Below, in pieces: positions 36,709 to 50,257 of a stretch of DNA of 64,000 nt. The notes under the pieces are model-generated. The model worked only from the letters and a program-made list of their open reading frames with translations, was not told the DNA's origin and made no database searches. The DNA is taken from assembly GCF_036321535.1 (NCBI RefSeq), contig NC_087436.1, forward strand, positions 105,712,001-105,776,000, written 5' to 3'. The position numbers and the translations under genes are program-made. Position 1 is the stretch's first letter, and each line of letters starts with the position of its first letter. The stretch is from Camelus dromedarius. Lineage: Eukaryota.

Positions 36709-36913
36709 GAGCTGTACTGTTCAACAAAGTAGCCAGTAACATGTTTGGCTATTTAGATTTAAATAAAATGAAGAAAATTTAAAAGTCACTTTCTCAGTCG
36801 CTCTAGCCACATTTCAAGTGCTCAGTAACTGTATGTAGGCAGTGGCTACCACACTGGAGAGCACAGATGGAGACTGTTTTCATCCTTGCAGAAATTTCTA
36901 TTGGACAGCTCTG
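36709..36913. mobile_element. MER3-like hAT-Charlie MITE
   Basis: ctagccacatttcaagtgctcagta...gtggctacc...gcagaaatttctattggacag. Confidence 0.85.
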
Positions 36914-37099
36914 TTCTTGAGTCTAACACAAGACAGAAAACATAAAACCATTTAGTGAAACACCCGCCTCACAATATAGATACGTGTTTCGAGTTTGGGC
37001 TGCAGACGTCCTGTACTTCGTGCACTAGCTGCAGGTCAGAAAACAGCATCCCTGGAAGAAGGGCAGAAGTACCGTCCCAGGCCCCTTCTGTTCTGGGCA

Positions 37100-37500
37100 C
37101 GAGGGCTGTGGAACAAGACATCCCAGAACTTAGCGCCTTAAAGCAACAACAGTCCCTTTGTTATTTCTCCCGGCTGGGCGTGCGGGGCTGAGTGAGGTGG
37201 TCTCTGGGTCTTCATGTGGTTGCACGGGTGGCTGGGGCTGGAATCTGGAGTCAGCGTCCTTTCTCCAGTGTCTGGTGGCTGATGTGGCTGTTGGCTGGGA
37301 CCTCAGCTGGGGCCTGTCCTGGAGGAAGTGATAAAGGCCACTTCTGAGAACCTGGCCTGGGAAGATGCACTGACCACCACACTCGGAAGTCCCGGGCCTC
37401 CCCTATTCAAGAGGAGAGGAAACAGCCAGCCGCTCTGACCAGCAGGAGTGTCATCCTCACGTCTGGAGGGTGAGGGCCAGCTGAGGAACCACCATCTACA
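37100..37500 (-). mobile_element. MLT1E/F-like MaLR LTR fragment
   Basis: cccagaacttagcgccttaaagcaacaac; gctgttggctgggacctcagctgggg. Confidence 0.65.
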
Positions 37501-37644
37501 GCCCCTTCTATGGACAGGCCAAGTGCCTGCTTTTGTACCACTGCCCTCCTGGTGGCTGACCCTGACTGCAGGTGAGAGTCCCAGCTGGGACTGATCACAT
37601 TAAAGATAACTAATTGTATACCTTCTACAGTGCTTTTTCCTGCC

Positions 37645-38060
37645 AAAGCATGAATTCTCGATCTTTATTGTGCCATGGGATCCTCTGGCAATATGGTGAT
37701 AATGTCTCCAAGGGCATAAAATAAAAACATAGGATTTTAAAGGAAAGCAGTTATACGGAAACACAATTACCAGAATAGTTAATAATTTAGCAATATCTAG
37801 CAAGCTCTAGCAGCAGGTGTAAAAAGTATGGTAACTTCAAAGTTCCGAAGAACCTAAATGACATTCTGACATATCTGTAACAATTGTATGCATGTGATAT
37901 GGAAATACCTGTGTTTTGTATTAGTGACAAATACACTTGTTCTGCTCAAACTACTGTGGTTTGTTGCCTACATTCGTACTGAAAGGAAGTGCTAAATTTC
38001 AGTTAGAAAGACCATAAAGATGTGATCTTTCTCACCCAGGCTTGCCAATCCCTGAATCAG
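37645..38060. mobile_element. hAT-Charlie non-autonomous element (MER113/MER119-like)
   Basis: actactgtggtttgttgcctacattc...gctaaatttcagttaga; gcataaaataaaaacataggatt. Confidence 0.7.
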
Positions 38061-38384
38061 CCTTGCTGAGGAGCCCCTGAGCTACAGCAAGGGGGCTGGG
38101 GCAGGACTTCTTTGTACAGCAGAGCAAGGGGGAGAGCACTGGGAAGGCGAAGGCGATGTCTAGGACTGGGGCGGGTTGGGGAGAGGGCAGGAAAGCAGGA
38201 CAAAGTAACAGGAATTTGGAGAAAGAAGGAAAAGTTTCTGAAAATACAGAAAGCTGGAGACGATAGTCAGTGCCCCTAGCGAGGAAAGTTTCTCTGGCTA
38301 TGATGGCCAAGGAAGCTGTCCACCACCACCCCACCCCGCCCCTCAGTTGGGATTCCCTCACCAAGAGAGCAGTGATACAACAAT

Positions 38385-38530
38385 GGAATCCCATATGGGG
38401 ATGCCCGAATCCGAGGATGGGGAGGGCTGACTGTACTATGCCACTTTATATAAGGGACTTGAGCATTGGGATTTGGGTATCCACAAGGGTCCTGGAACCA
38501 ATCCCCCAAGGATACCAAGGGACATCTGTG
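38385..38530. mobile_element. Tigger (TcMar) MITE terminal fragment
   Basis: ttatataagggacttgagcat...ggtcctggaaccaatcccccaaggataccaagggac. Confidence 0.8.
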
Positions 38531-39334
38531 CTTGATTTTGCCTCCCCAGCTGAAAGTCTGAAATTACTTACTGTGGCCACACTGTGAGCTCCTTCCCTTT
38601 TCCTGCCAGTCTAGACTTTCTTCCAGCTCATGCAAGCTGGGTTGTTACCACAACGCCTTCTCAGAGCCAGTTGGTCCATTCCCTTCCGTGGTAGCTGAGG
38701 GAACTAATTAACTCCAGCACTCTCCTCTGTGCCCAATTCTAAATCAAATCAGAGGGCTGGGAATGAAAAGATGGATATCAAAACATCTGCTTTATTGCTA
38801 CTAAACTGGATGGTGGGTAGGACTTAGATGTGGGTTCCTCATTCTCCCTGCCTCTACTGCGACCCACACATGCCATTCTACAGCTGAACACTAGCAGGGG
38901 ACGGTTGAGTCTAAGGAACAGATACCTCATGCAGGATGGCTGCCTGGCACTGGCTTAGGGGAGGATCGTGGAGGGGGAGGAGGGCAGAGAGAGGCGCGTG
39001 CGTGCACACATGCACCCCTATCTTTAATATTCTTGATGGACCAGTTCTTCCCCATCAAAAAATGTGGACCAATGGCTGTCACTCACCAGTTAGGCAACTC
39101 ACTCCATCTCCAAGGGGAGGGATGAGGGTGTGGCAAGAGGCCAGGAGTGGTCAGGGAAAACTCTTAATGGAATTTGAGAGATGGAGAAGTAGCCCCCCTC
39201 CAACACCCACGAGCCAAACTGTCCTCCCCAGGTACAAATAATAATAATTATTTTAGTTTAATTTCTTACTATCCTAAAAAGAAGAGAAGGCTCAAGGGGG
39301 CTCCCCACCTTGTGACAGGGACTGGATGAAATTT

Positions 39335-39590
39335 TTAGTGCCTAATCTCATTTAATCCTCTCAACATTCCTTTATCATAGGTGGTCGAGCCATATGAAAT
39401 TGTTGATTTGGAGCTTACAAAAGCAATAATTTTGTGTTCTTTGATCTAATGGCTCCCCTACTTTATAGGTGAGGTCACGGAGATTTATAGAAGCTAAGTG
39501 ACTTGCCAATGACCACATCATTCACAACTGAGCCATCTGGAATTTAATTCAAGCCTGACTCCAGAGCCCATGGTTTGAACCACCGTGGTA
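39335..39590 (-). mobile_element. MIR carrying a MADE2-like mariner MITE (about 39378-39450)
   Basis: tctcatttaatcctc...taagtgacttgccaatgaccaca; insert agccatatgaaattg...gatctaat. Confidence 0.6.
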
Positions 39591-40374
39591 AGATGCAGGT
39601 GTGCAGGTGCACCCAGAGATGTACCTGGAGGATTCTGAGGCTCGCTGCATAGTACAGCAACACCCAGCTTCTCTCTTTCAGGTCTGTGCCTGGGATGAAG
39701 CATAAAGAGATAAATGATATACAGGTTCTGCCTTCAATGGTGCCTTGCATAGAGTAGGTGCTCAGTTATTTTTTAAATAGGTTAATTACTAAAGTTCACT
39801 TTCTTATGCACGTGGTGCAAGGAAGCCCTGTTCTACTTGAGGGAAGCCTCCAGCCTTACCTTGTCCTGCCCTTCCCTGTTTACAAAGCTCATTCACACAC
39901 ATTCTCAGAGCTGATGTGCCTCCTTGTGACACACCTGATGAAGGTTCTGAAGCTGATGCCTTGGCCTGCTTCCGGAAGAGATCCTCCCCTGCTCGGAATG
40001 AAGCGGGCTTACAACAGAAATCAAAGTCAGAGTGGGAGCAACCTCAGGCCGATTTAGAGAAAGGCTAGAGATTCAGGTGCAAGGCAGCTGAAGAATCATT
40101 TTTGCATTTTTCCTGAGCGTGAATCCACCTTGGGGATTTCATATTCATTTCCAATCACTCCTGGAAACAGGTCCTACATCAGGGAAAATCCAGTAGGAGA
40201 CTGAACTCTATGGAGACTCTGGCGGCAATAGGACCCCGGGGCAGTGAGCCTCAGCACCCCAGGCAGGGTAGCTGTGTAGGTGGCATCTCAGTTCCTCACT
40301 CCCAGTTCCCCAATACGAGGGTCTGGCTGGAGGACCACCCGAGGCTGGACATTCTGCCTCCAAAGCACCTCTGG

Positions 40375-40915
40375 AGTGCTTCTGCTTCTTTTGCTGCTGT
40401 CACCACCTGAGTCCAGATGGCAATAACCTCCTGTCCAGTCTGTCAAAACAAAAATCTGATTGTGTCATCATATCACTTCAAATTCTTCAAAATGGTTTCC
40501 CCATTGACCCCAAAATAAAGTCCAGATGCCCTCCCCTGCACTTGCCTAACCACAGTTCACCTCCCTCCATCCCTCTCCTTCTCTCATACTTGGGGCTCCA
40601 GCCAACGGGATTTCTTTTACTCCACAAATACCTGATTCTTGAAAGTGCCTTTCTCCAGGCTTTCATGTACACTGTTCTTCTGCCTGGAACATTCCTCCAT
40701 CTCCATTCATCTTAGACACTATTTTCTCTGATACATTCCCTGATGCACCATTGGGCTCCTCTATTACCCTGCAGGTCCTCCATCCCAATACTTTTCACAC
40801 TCCATTATATTTTCTTGTTCGGTTCTTCACCTATCTCAATAGATGTGCCTGGGTCATAGTAGGGTTTCAGTAAATACTTTTTTGAGTGAATAGATGAAAA
40901 AATGAACAAATGAAA
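40375..40915 (+). mobile_element. L2 3' region
   Basis: aaatctgattgtgtca; ctgttcttctgcctggaac; tagtagggtttcagtaaatacttttttgagtgaat. Confidence 0.75.
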
Positions 40916-41859
40916 GATAAAATTAAAGACCCATGCTCCAGAGGCTTGAAATGTCATTGAAATATGTAGTCGGTTATGGCCCTGAGAGAACTTTAGTTCT
41001 GATCTGAGAAAAATGTATAGTTTCTGATGGTACATATGTATCTGGATCCAAAACCCCATGGAAGCCTCAGCACTCACTAGGCCATAGTATCCCAGACGTG
41101 GATTCCCAAAAGCCCAGTACATAGCAGTGGCTGTAAATTAGGATTCACTCTTCATCCTACAGTTTTAATCTCATCCAACTACACCATGTCAAAGTCCCAT
41201 CAAAAACATCATACAACTTCTTGATTGGCTTTTATTACTCAAACACAATGAAAGCAAGTTTTTCCTAGACGTAAATGGACGGAAACCTCAACTTCTTGGC
41301 TGTCTGAGTAAACACTGGATGGGGGAGCAAACTTTTTCAACAACAGTTTTTCTTTAACAATGTCACTGTTGCTGTCTCCTCAAGGGCAGAGGCCAGGGCC
41401 ACCTGTAAGCCCCACAGAGACCAGCACTACCCACCCTGCAGAGACCAGGGGACAAGAAGCAATTGTCATTCACACCAAAGGAGCTGGATGTTGGCATTTT
41501 TAATGTAAAATCACTAAGTTATGGCTGAAAATACTTCTTCATGTGTGTTTAAAACCAGTGTTTAATATATAAACTAAACACAGGAAATAAAGTTGCATTA
41601 CATAAAAGTTCACACAACTAGACCTTATAAGGAATGCCTCCTACCACTTACAAATATGATGACTGTAATTTTTTGAGCCAAAGGAGAGCATTCCAAGGGG
41701 AATGCATTCCAATAAAGACCCCAGAATAATCCTACTGATCTCATCCACTGGCCTAGATGTCATAGAATCAGAGTCAATGTCAGTGAGACTGGGTCCCAAC
41801 CACTAGCATCGAGAGAAGAAAAAAAATTAGAGTATGTGTGTGTTCATACTTGGCCTGGT

Positions 41860-42130
41860 TCCATAGATTAGAGAGGCTCTCAGAAACACATGAATTAAAA
41901 TATAAGACACAAATAAATGCTAAAACACAAGAATCAGGGAAACTACACATTCGAATGGGATATCAAATTTGGGGGTGGGGGGGTAGACAATGAAGTTTTA
42001 AAAGCCCTCAAATTATAATATAATTCCATGCATTATTCTAGATGAGGTGCAAATTTAGCTCTGCATTCTCTAGTTTCCAAAATGAAGAGGGAAAGTGATG
42101 AGTGACATTCAACACAGCACCACGAGTGAT
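41860..42130 (-). mobile_element. Possible L4 (RTE-X) LINE remnant
   Basis: caaatttagctctgcattctctagtttccaaaatgaagagggaaa resembles a reverse L4 motif. Confidence 0.4.
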
Positions 42131-42449
42131 CTTGGAAGTGCACATCACAGAGGTAGCCCTTGCCGAGGAATGCTTCCCTTGTCCAAGAAGACTGAGAAAC
42201 TCCAGATTCCAGAGAGACAGGTGGAAAGGAGTTTTATTTTACCTTGAGTGAACTGATCTCTTCTTGCTGTCTCTAAATCACATTGTAAAGGTGACAACCT
42301 ATTCTGCCCCTCGCAGTTCTGACCCAAGGCTCTAGATGGATTCATCCATTCAACAGACATTTAGTGATGGCTCACTCTGTGCCAGGCACTGTCCAGGTGT
42401 GATGGGGCACTGTGATGGGATGCCCAGGACTGCGTCAGGCATGAAAGGC

Positions 42450-42740
42450 TCTCCTTTGGCCCTGAGAGTGCTGTTGGCATCCAGAAGGGAGAGAGCTCAC
42501 CCGCAGTGACCCACATCTGTGGGCCAGCCACTGTGAGGATATCAAGGCCCACTCCCCTTATCTCAGCTTGGGACAATCTGAGGGGACACCTTGGCTTCAA
42601 AACATCCCACAGATTGTCCAGGGGCTCCGTGGAGGCATCACAGCTCAACTCTGCTTTTCCCTTCTATAGGTTCCAATCTCAAGAACCCTTCCTAATAAAC
42701 CGCAGGCACACTACCTGCATCTCAGAGCAAACCAGAAGTT
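42450..42740 (+). mobile_element. LTR16-family ERVL LTR fragment
   Basis: tctcagcttgggacaatctgagggg; catcacagctcaactc; cctaataaacc...catctcagag. Confidence 0.7.
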
Positions 42741-43719
42741 CAGGAAGCAGAGATACACCTGGTTACCTGCTTCCTTTCCAGGAAGTCACCACAGAAGAGA
42801 GGAGGGAGGGAGGATGCTCCAGAAGCCTGGGTGGTCCAGCTTCCACGGACCTGCACCTCTCTCCCCCATTTTCCTCCCTGCTGGGGGTGCAGGGTGCTTG
42901 GCTTCCACCCTCCTCTTGCTCTCATTATCAAAAAAACTAATCTGGGGGCTAAGTTTTCCTCCACTTAAAATGAGAGAAATGAACGAAAGGATTTGTGAGC
43001 TCTATAATTAACGATTCTTTGAACATTTAAAAACATATCATGTTCTTTTAAATCTCAACCACTTATTTCAGAGAGTGCCAATTTATGCAAGTGCAAACTA
43101 AGGGACATCACAATATACTACTTATGTTTTCAATACACTATATTTTAGTAAATACATTTACGTCACCATCATTGAAAAGCATTCAATGAGCGCCTGCCAG
43201 ATGCATCGCACAGTACTTGAAAAATCAGCAATTGTTGAGATGTTGACATGTTTAAATTTGGCTGATATTACATGAGAATGCATAACTCAGATTGGGAATT
43301 ACACTCATGCTACATGGCTGCTGTTTCTTCTTCCTCCTCTTCTTTTTCTCCTTTCAAGCTGCCAGATGGTGTGGATCAAATTATTCTAGAAGGCAGAGAG
43401 CCTGGATTTCTGCAGATAAGCATGGCAGTGGGTGCTGACTGCTGCCTCCACCGGCCACTCACGGTGGTGTAATCTGCTCCCACCGCGTTCCCTCGGCCAT
43501 CCATGCTGCTTAGGTGGGAGGGTGGTTCCAGCAACATTTTTAAGTGCACTTGGAGAATTTCTGGAATAAAACTTTTGCTTTATCTCTTTCATTTATTTTC
43601 TCAAAATATTAGAAATATAAAATTTATTTTTATTTTAAAAAATGAACTGGACTACTCAGATACAGTAGAATATAGTGATTAAAAGTTTGAAGAGTCAGAT
43701 AGACAAAAGATGATACCCA

Positions 43720-44095
43720 AACTTTATTGAGCATTTTCTATCTATTAATGTGTCTAGTCCTCACAACAACGTCTCCATTTCACAGAGGAAGAAACAGACC
43801 CAGAGAGGAAGGATCACCTGCCTCCAGTCACCCAGCTAAAAAGAGGAGAGCCCAGATTTTAACCTGGGCAGTTCAGGTTACAGAGACCATGCTCTGGACT
43901 TCTTTCTTCTACTGATAATGTGGTCAATCAACAGCTCTGTGACTCAGAATCCCCATTTAAAAAAAAAAAAAAAACAGGGATCAGAACATGATCTCCACTA
44001 TAGGTTGTGAAGAGATAAAGGGACACAGGGAAGACACCTGGCTCTCTGCCAGGCAAAGGGTAAATGCTGCAAATACATTTGTCTTTATTATATCT
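43720..44095 (-). mobile_element. Two adjacent MIR fragments
   Basis: ccatttcacagaggaagaaacagacccagagagg; taggttgtgaagagataaa (second fragment may be on the opposite strand). Confidence 0.6.
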
Positions 44096-44439
44096 CAAGG
44101 GGGTGCTGTCATGGGAAATGCACATATCCCCTCAATATATTACTGAATCTGACTTGGAAACCTCTCTTTCATGGAGTTCAGAACTTTCTTTCTCAGAAAC
44201 GCTTAACAAAGAAGGATTCTAACTAACTAGATGAGTATGAGGGGTGACGTTGTGTGTACATGTGCACATGCGCCTCTGGGATGCGTTCATTCACCTATGA
44301 TTCCACAGCCTGGGGGGTTCCCCGGTTATGTCAGCCTCCAACATACAGAAGAGAGAAAAATGCTTTGAGCAGTGACCAAACCAGGGCAGAAACATTTGGC
44401 TCCGTCTTTCCAGAACTGAGTTCCTACTCTGATCCCTTG

Positions 44440-44780
44440 CCGATGAGAAGATATAAATTGGTACGGGCTTTATGAAGAATAATTTGCCAATGTCTATCAA
44501 AACTTTAAATGCACATGCCCCATGGCCCAACAGTTCCACTGGAAGAAATTATATCAAATGTAAGATAGTCACTTAAGCAACATTTATAAACATGGAAGAT
44601 TGAAAATGACCTAGATATCCACACATCATGGTATATCTGTACAATGAAATACAATGCTGCCAATAAAAGAATGAGATAGCTCTCTATGTAATAAGGGACA
44701 ATTAACAAGGCATATAATTAAGTGAAAACTCAAGATGAAGGGTACTACCATCCATGTAAAAAAGTAGATATATGCACACA
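44440..44780 (+). mobile_element. L1ME-type fragment (resumes about 45900-46060)
   Basis: tctatcaaaactttaaatgcacatgccc; acaatgaaatacaatgctgccaataaaaagaatgag. Confidence 0.7.
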
Positions 44781-44842
44781 TCTTCATATGTGTGTATGTG
44801 TGTGTGTGTGTTCATGTGTACATATGTACTCAGACATACATA

Positions 44843-45190
44843 TAGTCTTGTCTATTCAGACTGCTATAACAAACATTACCATAGACTGGGTGGCTTATAA
44901 GCAACAGAAATTTAGTTCTCACAGGTCTGGAGGCTGGAAGTCCAAAATCAGGGTGAGGGGCTGGTGAGAGTCTTCCTCCTGCCTGCCGACTTCTTGTCTC
45001 CTCACATGGTAGGAAGAGGCCAAGAGAGTCCTCTAGGGTCCCTTTTATAAAGGCACTAATCCCATTCATGTGGGCTCCACCCTCATGACCTGATCACCTT
45101 CCAAAGACTCCATCTCCTAATAACATCACATTGGGGATTAGATTTCAACAAACGAAATTGGGGAGGGACACAAATATTCAGTATGTATAA
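44843..45190 (-). mobile_element. MLT1A0-like MaLR solo LTR
   Basis: gactgctataacaaacattaccatagactgggtggctta; ataaaggcactaatcccattcat; catcacattggggattagatttcaaca. Confidence 0.9.
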
Positions 45191-45420
45191 TGTAATATAT
45201 ACATGTACATATATGTGTGTATATATGCATATTGTACATGTATGTAATAAATATAGTACACAATATGTTTGTATACAAAATATAATGTAATATATGTATG
45301 TAATATAATATATACATACATGTAATGGGCACAATAAGTAATATATAATACATGTATAACATATATATGAATATATTACATTACCTATGTATATTACATA
45401 TGTTTATGTGTATATATATT
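45190..45420. repeat. AT-rich low-complexity (TA/TATG) tract
   Basis: Degenerate tatgtaatatat repeats. Confidence 0.9.
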
Positions 45421-45426
45421 TACAGC

Positions 45427-45895
45427 TGTCTTAATTTGCATTCCTCCAGAATCAAACTTTCAGGAGAAGAATATAAGTGTATGTCAGTGTTTGCGATCCC
45501 AAGAAACTCCAATAGGAAGCAGAGAAGTAAGGCAAGGAAGTAAGGAAGATAGGCAGGAGAGGAAAGATGGTCAATTAAGGGCACTATCAAGAGTTACTGC
45601 TGAAGGCCAGGAGTGCAGTCCTGCTGGGGAAGTCTGGAAAAGGGCGTGAACTTCACCTCACAGTTATCTCACCCATGCGGCCAGGAGACTGGGCTATTTA
45701 TCCAACTTTCTGTCTGTCTTTGATTGCGAGCTAATTCCACGGCGTTCACTCTCTCGTTCAAACTTGCCAAAGGTGCTCCCAGGGCCAGAACAAATAGCCC
45801 TATGAGGGAAGATTCAGGGTTCACAGAGAGCGGCCTTTGGGGTGTCGAGGGGAGGGGAGGGAGGACACTAGTGGGGCACTGACAGGGTCTGTTCC
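45427..45895 (-). mobile_element. LTR16-family ERVL LTR
   Basis: tgtcttaatttgcattcctccagaa; cacctcacagttatctcacc; ctgggctatttatcc. Confidence 0.6.
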
Positions 45896-46139
45896 AATAT
45901 GCCCAGAGGCATCTGGAGGGAGACGCATGAGATGCAGAAGGAACTGACGTTAGTGGTGGGGAAGACAGAGGGGCACTAAGAGGCTGGAGGAGACGGGCAC
46001 TTTCAGCAGGGACCCTCCTGCACTTTCTGAATTTTGTGATGTGCGTATATCACCCCTTCTCAAGGTAAACAAAATGATATCCAGCAATTAAACCAAGCCC
46101 CTGCAGAGAAGACTGAGAGGCTAACAAACATGTCTCTAG

Positions 46140-46334
46140 AGCACCTGGGCTCTGGTGACATCCCGCGGTGGACAGTTCTGTCCTGCGCGTTACAGGATAC
46201 TCAGCTGAATCCTTGCCCACATGCACAGTAGCACACACTGCCCAAGCTGTGACCATCAGAAATGCCTCCCAGCACTGCCAAGTGTCTGTCCCGTGGAGGC
46301 AAAGTCGCCCCCTCTCCCTGTCGAGAACCACTGC
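46140..46334 (-). mobile_element. MER20 hAT-Charlie
   Basis: tgtgaccatcagaaatgcctcccagcactgccaagtgtc...gagaaccactg; flanks tctctaga/gctttaga. Confidence 0.75.
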
Positions 46335-46744
46335 TTTAGAGAACTGGTGAGGTTGGATTCTCTCCAGTGAACACAAGGTGTTCCCAAGTGACATCTCTGT
46401 GTAAAGCTCGTGTTTGGGGAGGGACGTCAACCACCTATAAAAGGAATGGATGGAGCTGTTACGTCCTCCCTCCCGCCCTTCCCTATGGTTCCCCCTCCAC
46501 ACACACCCCATCCCTTATCTCCCACACACGTTTTTCACAGAACCACAAAGGACACTGGCGGGTCAGGAGATCCTGCTGACATAGACACCACATAAGTGTT
46601 TGCAGAAGCTGTGCCGAATTGAATGAAGGCGGAGCCTCCAGTGAAAGACTACTCAGGCACTGAGCTCCCTCCTCTCCTGTCCTTCCCTCCCGCTGCTCCC
46701 CTCTCCATCCTGTCTGTCCTCAGGAGTACTTCTCACCCTCTGCA

Positions 46745-46930
46745 GTGATCTCGTTCATTTCACTTACTTGTTTATTACCTGTCTGCTCCCGCTAGAAGGG
46801 GGCTCCACGAAAATGATGATCATTCCAGTCCTGTTCTCATGGTCTCTCCAACATCATGAACAGTGCTTGCAACAGAAGAGGTGTCAATAAATGCTTATCA
46901 ATGAAATGATCGAGTGACTGGATGAATGAA
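46745..46930 (+). mobile_element. L2 3' end
   Basis: cttgtttattacctgtctgctcccgctagaa...gtgtcaataaatgctt. Confidence 0.65.
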
Positions 46931-47374
46931 ACTTCCAGAGTGTTGGAGAAGGAGGAGGGAAAGTGCAAATGATGATAAGGGAAAAAGAAGAGAGACAAGG
47001 CAGGAACCAGGGCGGGAGACACCATGGAAACCACCAGGCAGAGCTTACATGGCTCAAAACTGGAATGAGATGAAACCTCTTCCCTGGAAAAGAGCTGGGA
47101 TATCTTCCCACCGACTCCTCCCCACCTTCTGCCAGTCGCCTCCCAGAAGCTGGAGCTGGACTGCAATTTGAAGGGTGTAACATCATCAGAGGGTGATGAC
47201 ATCTCTGAAATGAAGTGATTTTAGATGAGTTCGGATGGCTCTGTGCCCCGTTTTCCAGGTCTGTGCATCCTGCGCCACTGCTGCAAACAGGCAGTGGGAA
47301 TAAAAGGAGTCTTTGTTTCATCATAACGAAGGCCAGCTTTTCCTGAGACTGCAAGCATAACTGCCGCTGTCTGA

Positions 47375-47768
47375 ATTGTTCAGCAACACTTATTCTCCCT
47401 CCCACCATGGGCCCAATGCATGTCTCTGCTCCGTCGATTTGGTCTTGGCTTCATAACTTTTTTTTGGCGAATGGAATGCTAGTCACAACATGACCAGGGG
47501 CCTTAAATGCACCAGGCCGTTTGGCTTAGTTCTTAAGAGCATCTCCTGCGTGGCCACTGCCTTTTCATGGAGTCAACCTGACCCTGACTCCCTGCCTGTG
47601 CCACAGAACACACAGCCTGAAGCAGAGTCACCCACTGAGACCCAAATCACAGTCAACCTGCAGACGTGGCAGCATGAGAATAAATCCTGGTTGTAAGCCA
47701 CTTGTAAGCCAACATGAGTGTGGGGTGGTTTGCTAAGCAGCATTACGATGGCAACAGATGGTTGATTC
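47375..47768 (+). mobile_element. MLT1-family MaLR LTR
   Basis: gtcaacctgcagac...catgagaataaat...ggggtggtttgctaagcagcatt...gcaacagatggttgattca. Confidence 0.7.
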
Positions 47769-47782
47769 AATAGTAATTAGTA

Positions 47783-47914
47783 GGGGGGAGGGTATAGCTC
47801 AGGGGTAGAGCACATGCTTAGCATGCATGAGGTCCTGGGTTCAATCTCCAGTACCTCCATTTAAAAAATAAATAAGTAAGCCTAATTATATAAACTCCTC
47901 CAAAAATAAAAAAA
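47783..47914 (+). mobile_element. tRNA-Ala-derived SINE (vic-1 type), long form
   Basis: gggagggtatagctcaggggtagagcacatgcttagcatgcatgaggtcctgggttcaatctccagtacctcca plus aaataaataag-cctaatta tail. Confidence 0.9.
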
Positions 47915-47929
47915 GTAGCAATGAGCAAT

Positions 47930-48135
47930 ACCCGGTCCAAAGACAGGCCTGAGTTTTAATAATGCCTCTTTCCCTCCTAGCTCTATGGCCTTGGGCAAGT
48001 TAACTTCTGCACCTCAGTTTTCTCATTTATTAAACAGAAGTAATAATAGCATTATTTTCAACACTGTTGTAAGGATTAAATGAGATAATCTATATAGAGT
48101 GCTTCATATCATACTTGGCCCAGAGTAAATATTCT
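47930..48135 (+). mobile_element. MIR SINE
   Basis: ccttgggcaagttaacttctgcacctcagttttctcat...ttgtaaggattaaatgagataat. Confidence 0.85.
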
Positions 48136-48141
48136 AGAAGT

Positions 48142-48330
48142 CAGAGGTCACAAATCAGAAGTGTGTTTTCAAATAATTCAGTTCATTATCTCTATTGGGA
48201 TCCATTTCCAACTGCCAACAGGGAAATTACATGTAAAAAAGTAATCTAGACCTATATCTTCTCTTGAAAAATCTGACGTGGCAACACTAAGCCAGCATTC
48301 CTACATGGCAACAAAGGATAGAGCTAGGGG
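48142..48330 (+). mobile_element. MER102-like hAT-Charlie fragment
   Basis: cttctcttgaaaaatctgacgtggcaacactaagccagcattcctacatggcaaca. Confidence 0.7.
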
Positions 48331-48334
48331 TGGT

Positions 48335-48755
48335 ATATCACTGTGTGAATAACAGAAAATCTGACCACCATGGTTTAAACAAGCAAGAGGTTAGTTTTTC
48401 TCATGCAGCAAGATGTCCAGGAGTCAGAAGTCCGGGGCTGGGACTGGCTGAGCGATACCATCAGGACCCTGGGCCCTTCTGTCTTGCTGCTCTGTCATCT
48501 TCAGCATGTGATGTTTGGTCCTCATAATCTCAAGATGGCTGCTACATATCCAGCCACAGTATCTGTGTTTCAGATAAGAAAAGAAGGTGGAGGACAGAAA
48601 AGGAAAAAGGACAAAATCTCTCCTAGCGAGTCTTTGTCCTTTCGTATAAGAAAAGAAGACTTCCCGGGGACTTCCGCTAATATCTTAAAGCTTAGAAGTG
48701 AGTGGTATCAGACATACCATGCTGCAGGCTTGGCTGGGAAATGGAACATTTCACT
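48335..48755 (-). mobile_element. Old MLT1 LTR
   Basis: tggtttaaacaagcaagaggttagtttttctcat; ctcaagatggctgct; ggctgggaaatggaac. Confidence 0.65.
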
Positions 48756-50257
48756 ACTGCCTCTACTGTAAGAGAGAAGGCAGTTGGAAACGAGTACTAA
48801 AGCTCAAGCTAGAGCATCTCCATTCAGAGCAGACACTTCCCAGTCTGGTTTATCATTTTCCTGCCTTCCATGGCCCCTGAATCTGTATTTGTGTTTGCAA
48901 CTTCTGCCATATATGGTTTTCATTATTCTCAGCCAAGTCAGGGCATAGGTTTTGGAGTACGTTCTGGCCAGCTTTATAAGCTCACAGCAGGACTGAACTT
49001 CCAAGGTCCTCCCCTCCCCAGCTACTTTGCCCCATTCTTCATCTTTAGCTTTTCATCTGGGGCAGGAGCAATATACAATATGCTCAAAGAAGCAAGGGGA
49101 AGTTTCTGGCCCAGCTCTTAAAAGCGGCTCTGACCGTACTGGCCATATTCTTGCTGTGGCCTTGGCTGCAACTGAGAAAATATTCTTTCCCCTCAACTCC
49201 ATTTGTCCTATTTTCCCTTTTGATGGACTTTGATAGCGTCATACCATTTTTCAAGGCAGGCTATTGAAGTTCCAGGAGGTGACCTCTATTTACTACAATA
49301 AAATTAGTGATTTATAGAAAGTCAGAATTCTGCAATCCCCCAAACTCTCCTTTTATCCCTAACTACTATGTCAACAAAGCACCCAGCATCCAGTATGGTT
49401 CAAAGGTCTGAATTGTGTAGCAAAATAAATCATTTTTAAAATCCCAACAGTAATGTATGGTCGGAGCATTCCTAACTTGAATTGAGTAAGGGGAAAGAGA
49501 GCAGATGCAGCCAAGCTTGGCTGTAGTATATTACTCAAGTTGATGTGGGGCCAGGGAGATTGGATATTTAATGTCAATGATACCGTGAGAGGGGGTAAAA
49601 AAATTCCAAGTTCCACTGGAAAATAAGAAGGTAAAATTTAGGTCCCACAAGCCCTGGCCTATTTTTTCTCTCCTTCTCCTCCCCCACTGTCATTCCCCTT
49701 GGTTTCTTACCTTCCTCCTTCTCACTCTCCCTCCCTTCCTACCTGGTGGGCTATTTCTGTGTCCACTGTTGAAGGTCTAGCAAGTTTTTCACTAGGGCCC
49801 TGATTTCGGTTCAGTGTTGACATTGACATTGACCAGAATGCTGGTCCCAAACTTGCTTATTCAGATGCACCTGATGTTGTGCTTTGCATCACAATGTTCC
49901 AACCTAAATCTCTGAGTGTGCAGAGTTGCCCAGAGCCCGAGCAGTGTTTGCTTCATTGGGGCAAATTTGGACACTCAAGGTGGTGTCCACCCCGGGAGGC
50001 TCAGGAATCATGGGGAGAAAAGGTGTGTCTGCAGGTCGTGGAGTAAGCTTGAGGGGTCTGGCTGACCGGGGAGACCTACTCACTTCAGTTCAAAAATTTT
50101 GTTTTGAGCTGCTACTTTATTCAAACACAGTGTGAGGACCTGGGGATACAAAGATCCAAAAGATATGATTCTGCTCTCAAGAAGCCCACCGCCTGGAGGG
50201 GGTGGCTGACCCTCAATGAAACGACTTACTCCTCTAGAAAAGGTCTAAATCCCCTAG

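Noticed and set aside
45083..45543. Tyr/Ile/Cys-rich ORFs
   Set aside because: Translations of the AT-rich low-complexity tract.
46837..47408. Overlapping 121-174 aa ORFs
   Set aside because: Partly L2-derived and low-complexity; non-ATG or weak starts; no protein-like signature.
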